DNA of 64,000 nucleotides from Pseudovirgaria hyperparasitica. Taxonomy: Eukaryota. The translations under genes and the position numbers were made by a program. Under the pieces are notes generated by a model that was given only the letters and a program-made list of their open reading frames with translations, had not been told where the DNA came from and made no database searches. How positions within the stretch are numbered: the first letter of the stretch is position 1; each line of letters starts with the position of its first letter. The stretch lies in assembly GCA_010093815.1 (NCBI GenBank), contig ML996591.1. The stretch is one strand, 5' to 3'. Of the stretch, positions 60,501 through 64,000 are shown one piece after another.

Positions 60501-61611
60501 CGGAAGACAGCTGTGGGATTACGTCAGGCGCGTCCTCGCTGGTGGTGCCATGGGTGATCTGGAGGACTTTGGTTCCTCCGTACAGGAATGCGTTCTTATC
60601 AAGTCCTTCGGGCTCGATGCGTGCTTCGCCGGGACGTAACTGGATCGAGTCCTTCAATACTGGCGTACTCTCTCCAGAAAGCATAGCTTCATTCACAATA
60701 GCCGTTCCCTCAATCAGAACCATGTCACAAGCAACGCCACTGTCCTCTTTGGTCCTCCCGACGGACACGAGATCGCCTGGGAGCAGTTTATCACTCTGTG
60801 TTTCCTGCCACTTGTTCTCTCTGTATACCAAAAGGTCGTAAGGTTTGATGCTCATGCCTCGGAACTCGTTCAGAGTTCGCTGTCGCTGCCATACCACAGT
60901 ACTCTCGAATGCTACAAGCATGAACAGCGTGAATAGCGAGTAGTACCAATATTCATCCAACATCCACAGTCCTACGCAGAATACCTGGAACACGAAGAAC
61001 GGCGCGACGGCATGCTCTTTGAAGAGCTCGGTAAAGGTCGGAACGGGAATGTCGAACGAGTTGTCTCCGTAGTATCTCTGTATCCTCGCGATTTCTGTAG
61101 GCGATATAAGACCTTTAGACTGCTGGAATGCTTTCAAGTGAGGCTTGGGCTCCGCATCCAAAGCATAGGCTAATGGCGCAAAAGTCTTCTTCTCGGGCTC
61201 GTACAGAAATCGGCGCTTTTGGAACAGGAAAGATATGTTTTCTTTGCCATCGAAAGTGTCCCGCTTGAGCTGACATATCTCCGCTGATCCGGCGTTCGCA
61301 ATGGGTATGACCTTGATCAATTTCGCGGTATAGACGTCTTTTGCGCCCAAGGAGGTGAAGAGAGACTTCAGGTTAACATTCCAGTGCGTCGAAAGCCACA
61401 CAAGTGACTGTATTGTTACGATGGATCCACACCATACGAATGTCCACTCTTGAGATTGTATGTGCTTCTCATAGCGCTCGGGGGAGAGGTAGAAGGCGAG
61501 GAAGGCAGGCCAGATGAGTAGAAACGGCCAAACATAAGTGTGTAGTGAGGTCGGTAAAGGGTTGTACAAGCTCGCCGACTTGATCTGAGGATCGTCGACA
61601 AGAGCCATCAT
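57599..61611 (-). CDS. SPF1: P5A-type ATPase (ER transmembrane-helix dislocase Spf1/Cod1/ATP13A1)
   Basis: SGES, PPELPMEL, DKTGTLT, KGAPE, TGDN, GDGTND motifs; intron 58153-58068; last exon INYQGRPFRE. Confidence 0.96.
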
Positions 61612-61800
61612 GAGTGATGGCGGATTGACGGCTTATGCAGATGATGAGACCGTGTTCTTGACGCGACACGAATTAACTTTTGGGAGGAGGGTTATAACGC
61701 CACAATATGTGGCTTAATCGATCCGTCTTAGTCATTTGGAACCCGGCTTATCGATAAGGTATTTGACGGCGGGGGAGCAAAGCTGCATTCCTCCGACTGT

Positions 61801-61807
61801 TGACTCA
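61801..61807 (+). promoter_or_regulatory. Gcn4/CpcA element TGACTCA upstream of GlnRS
   Basis: Perfect TGACTCA 80 bp upstream of ATG 61887 in the 275-bp SPF1/GlnRS bidirectional promoter. Confidence 0.55.
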
Positions 61808-61886
61808 CGCGACGTGCTCATATTGTAACTGAGGCAAAGTGTCGGAAGTGCATTACTCCACCCGAACACCCACGACGCTGCTTCAT

Positions 61887-64000
61887 ATGATGGCCACAGC
61901 AGCAGCGAGTCCAACGATTGATTTGGAGAACCCTCCACCGTTCGACGAAGTCTTATATAGCTCCCTGGAAGTGCTACCCTCAAAACAACCTGAAGGAATC
62001 TCAAAGGGCGAATGGAAGAAATTTCAAAAGAAGCTTGAGAAAAAAAGGCTGACGGAAAAGAACAAGGCGGCTGGCCTTCCTACTCGAGCGAAAGAGCCAA
62101 AGCCTCAAGAGGCGCAAACAAAGACTGTGGAACCAGAGCAGGACCTCCAAAGCAGAATATTCAATACCACATGGCTCAAAACTGTTTATGATGAAAAGCC
62201 AAGGCCAGATGTCATCACTCGGTTCCCTCCTGAGCCAAATGGCTACCTGCATATCGGGCACGCGAAAGCGATCACCGTAAATTTCGGCTTTGCGCAACAC
62301 TACAAGGGGAAATGCTATCTTCGTTACGATGATACCAATCCGGTGAAAGAAGAGGAGAAGTACTTTACTGCAATCCAGGATATGGTCAAATGGCTAGGCT
62401 TTGAACCATGCGCAATCACTTATAGCAGCGACCACTTTGACGAGCTGTACAATCTCGCCGAGAAGTTGATCTCGAAAGATTGCGCATACGTATGTCATTG
62501 CAGCGGTAAGACTTCTCGCGCTACCGCCTCGACTTGAAGCTGATCGGCGCGTGCAGCAAAGGAGATAAATCTTCAGCGTGGTGGACCTGACAATAGGGGG
62601 AAGCGTTACGCATGTGCTGACCGATCTCGTCCGGTGGAGGAGTCGCTAGCTGAATTCCGTGCGATGAGAGATGGAAAGTACAAGGAAGGGGAAGCCTTCC
62701 TTCGAATGAAGCAAAAGCTAACCGACCCCGAGGAGGGAAATCCTCAAATGTGGGACTTGCCAGCGTATCGTGTCAAGAACCAGAACTACCACCACCGTAC
62801 CGGAGACAAATGGCGGATCTATCCAACATATGACTTTACACACTGCATATGTGATGCATTTGAAAACATATCTCACTCGCTATGCACGAGTGAATTCAGA
62901 CAGTCGCGTGTGTCGTACGATTGGTTGCTCGAGCAATTGGACATGAAAATTCCGAATTCCGAGGAAAAGGGTCCTATGCAACGAGAGTAAGTTTGACCCA
63001 GTGATTTACCAATTCTCAATTAAATGTATAACAGATACGGCCGCCTAAATGTCCAAGGTACCATTCTTTCGAAACGCAACATTCAAAAGCTCGTGGAGGG
63101 AACTGTGGCCGAGAAAAGGCTACCAGACGGTACTACCGAGATGCGCAAAATCGAGCCACAAGTCCGAGGATGGGACGATCCGAGACTATTCACTCTTGTC
63201 GCTCTTCGCCGACGTGGAATTCCTGCGATGGCAATGCGCACGTTCGTCCTGGATCTTGGCGTTACAGATAACAAGACTGATACTGAAGTACACAAATTCG
63301 AATCTACTATCCAGGATTACCTTCATCCTCGGGTTGCCCGGCTGATGCTCGTTCTTGAGCCAGTGAAAGTGGTCATAGAAGACCTCTCTCCGGACGACGA
63401 GTTCACAAAGGAGATAGCCTTCGGGACTGGGTCGTTAAGCACCCACAAACGGCCTGTAACGTTTTCACGAGAGATATATATCGATTCTTCGGATTTCAAA
63501 GAAGAGGATGATGCTGATTTCAAGCGGCTTGCTCCTGGTAAGACTGTCCGGCTGATCAACGCCATGCTTATTCGAGCGACCACATTTACGAAAGACTTGA
63601 ATGGCAATATTACAGAAATTCGCGCTGTCAAAGGCCAGGAGGCAGACATGAAGTCAAACTCCGGAACGATCCATTGGGTCGATGTAGCAACGGCCGTCCC
63701 TGTCACAGCTCGTAAATACAGTTCACTCTTCAACTCTGGCGACCTTGATTGGAGCGAAGGCGGCTATGTTGACAAGATCAACCCTAACAGCGAGTTGATC
63801 TTCAGCAATGCATTTATCGAGCAAGGATTCAGCTCTCTTGGCAAGCAAGACAGGCCTGTCTCAGAAAATCCTGATGCAGGATCCGATGATATCATCAGGT
63901 TCCAGGGAATGCGCGTGGGGTACTTCTGCATTGATCCAGAGAAAGAAGGCGATAAGATCGTGCTCAATCAGATCGTTCCTTTGAAAGAGAGCAAACCGAA
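61887..64000 (+). CDS. GLN4: Glutaminyl-tRNA synthetase (stop just beyond window)
   Basis: [65 protein letters not shown]; introns ~62506-62556 and ~62987-63033. Confidence 0.93.

Noticed and set aside
1..64000. CRISPR arrays, rRNA genes, intact transposase or reverse transcriptase genes
   Set aside because: None seen; sequence is fungal and the repeats present lack spacer structure.

Overview
Eukaryotic (filamentous ascomycete-type) genomic DNA with GT-AG introns. The left ~20 kb looks like an accessory island. It starts in a RIP-mutated repeat relic and carries a compact polyketide cluster: FAD monooxygenase, PTH11/rhodopsin-domain membrane protein, FSH1/LovG-type serine hydrolase, a ~2567-aa highly reducing PKS whose cMT and ER cofactor motifs look dead, a CMD/AhpD-fold protein, and nearby a Rid-family protein. 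Two small secreted-protein genes bracket it. One of them (1708-1946) is missed by the ORF track and encodes a repeat-type peptide precursor whose second copy is frameshifted. From ~21 kb the window is mostly housekeeping: BIT61/HbrB, GON7, a protein with three tandem Zn2Cys6 clusters, a probable GPI protein, bZIP and Zn2Cys6 transcription factors, initiator tRNA-Met, APS3, frataxin, DPH3, UVDE, NFU1, a GH63/MGH1-like hydrolase, MOB1, an amino-acid permease, a gapped T-rich microsatellite, SPF1 and GlnRS (3' end cut by the window). Exon boundaries were derived by hand from splice consensus and reading frame; no database searches were run.
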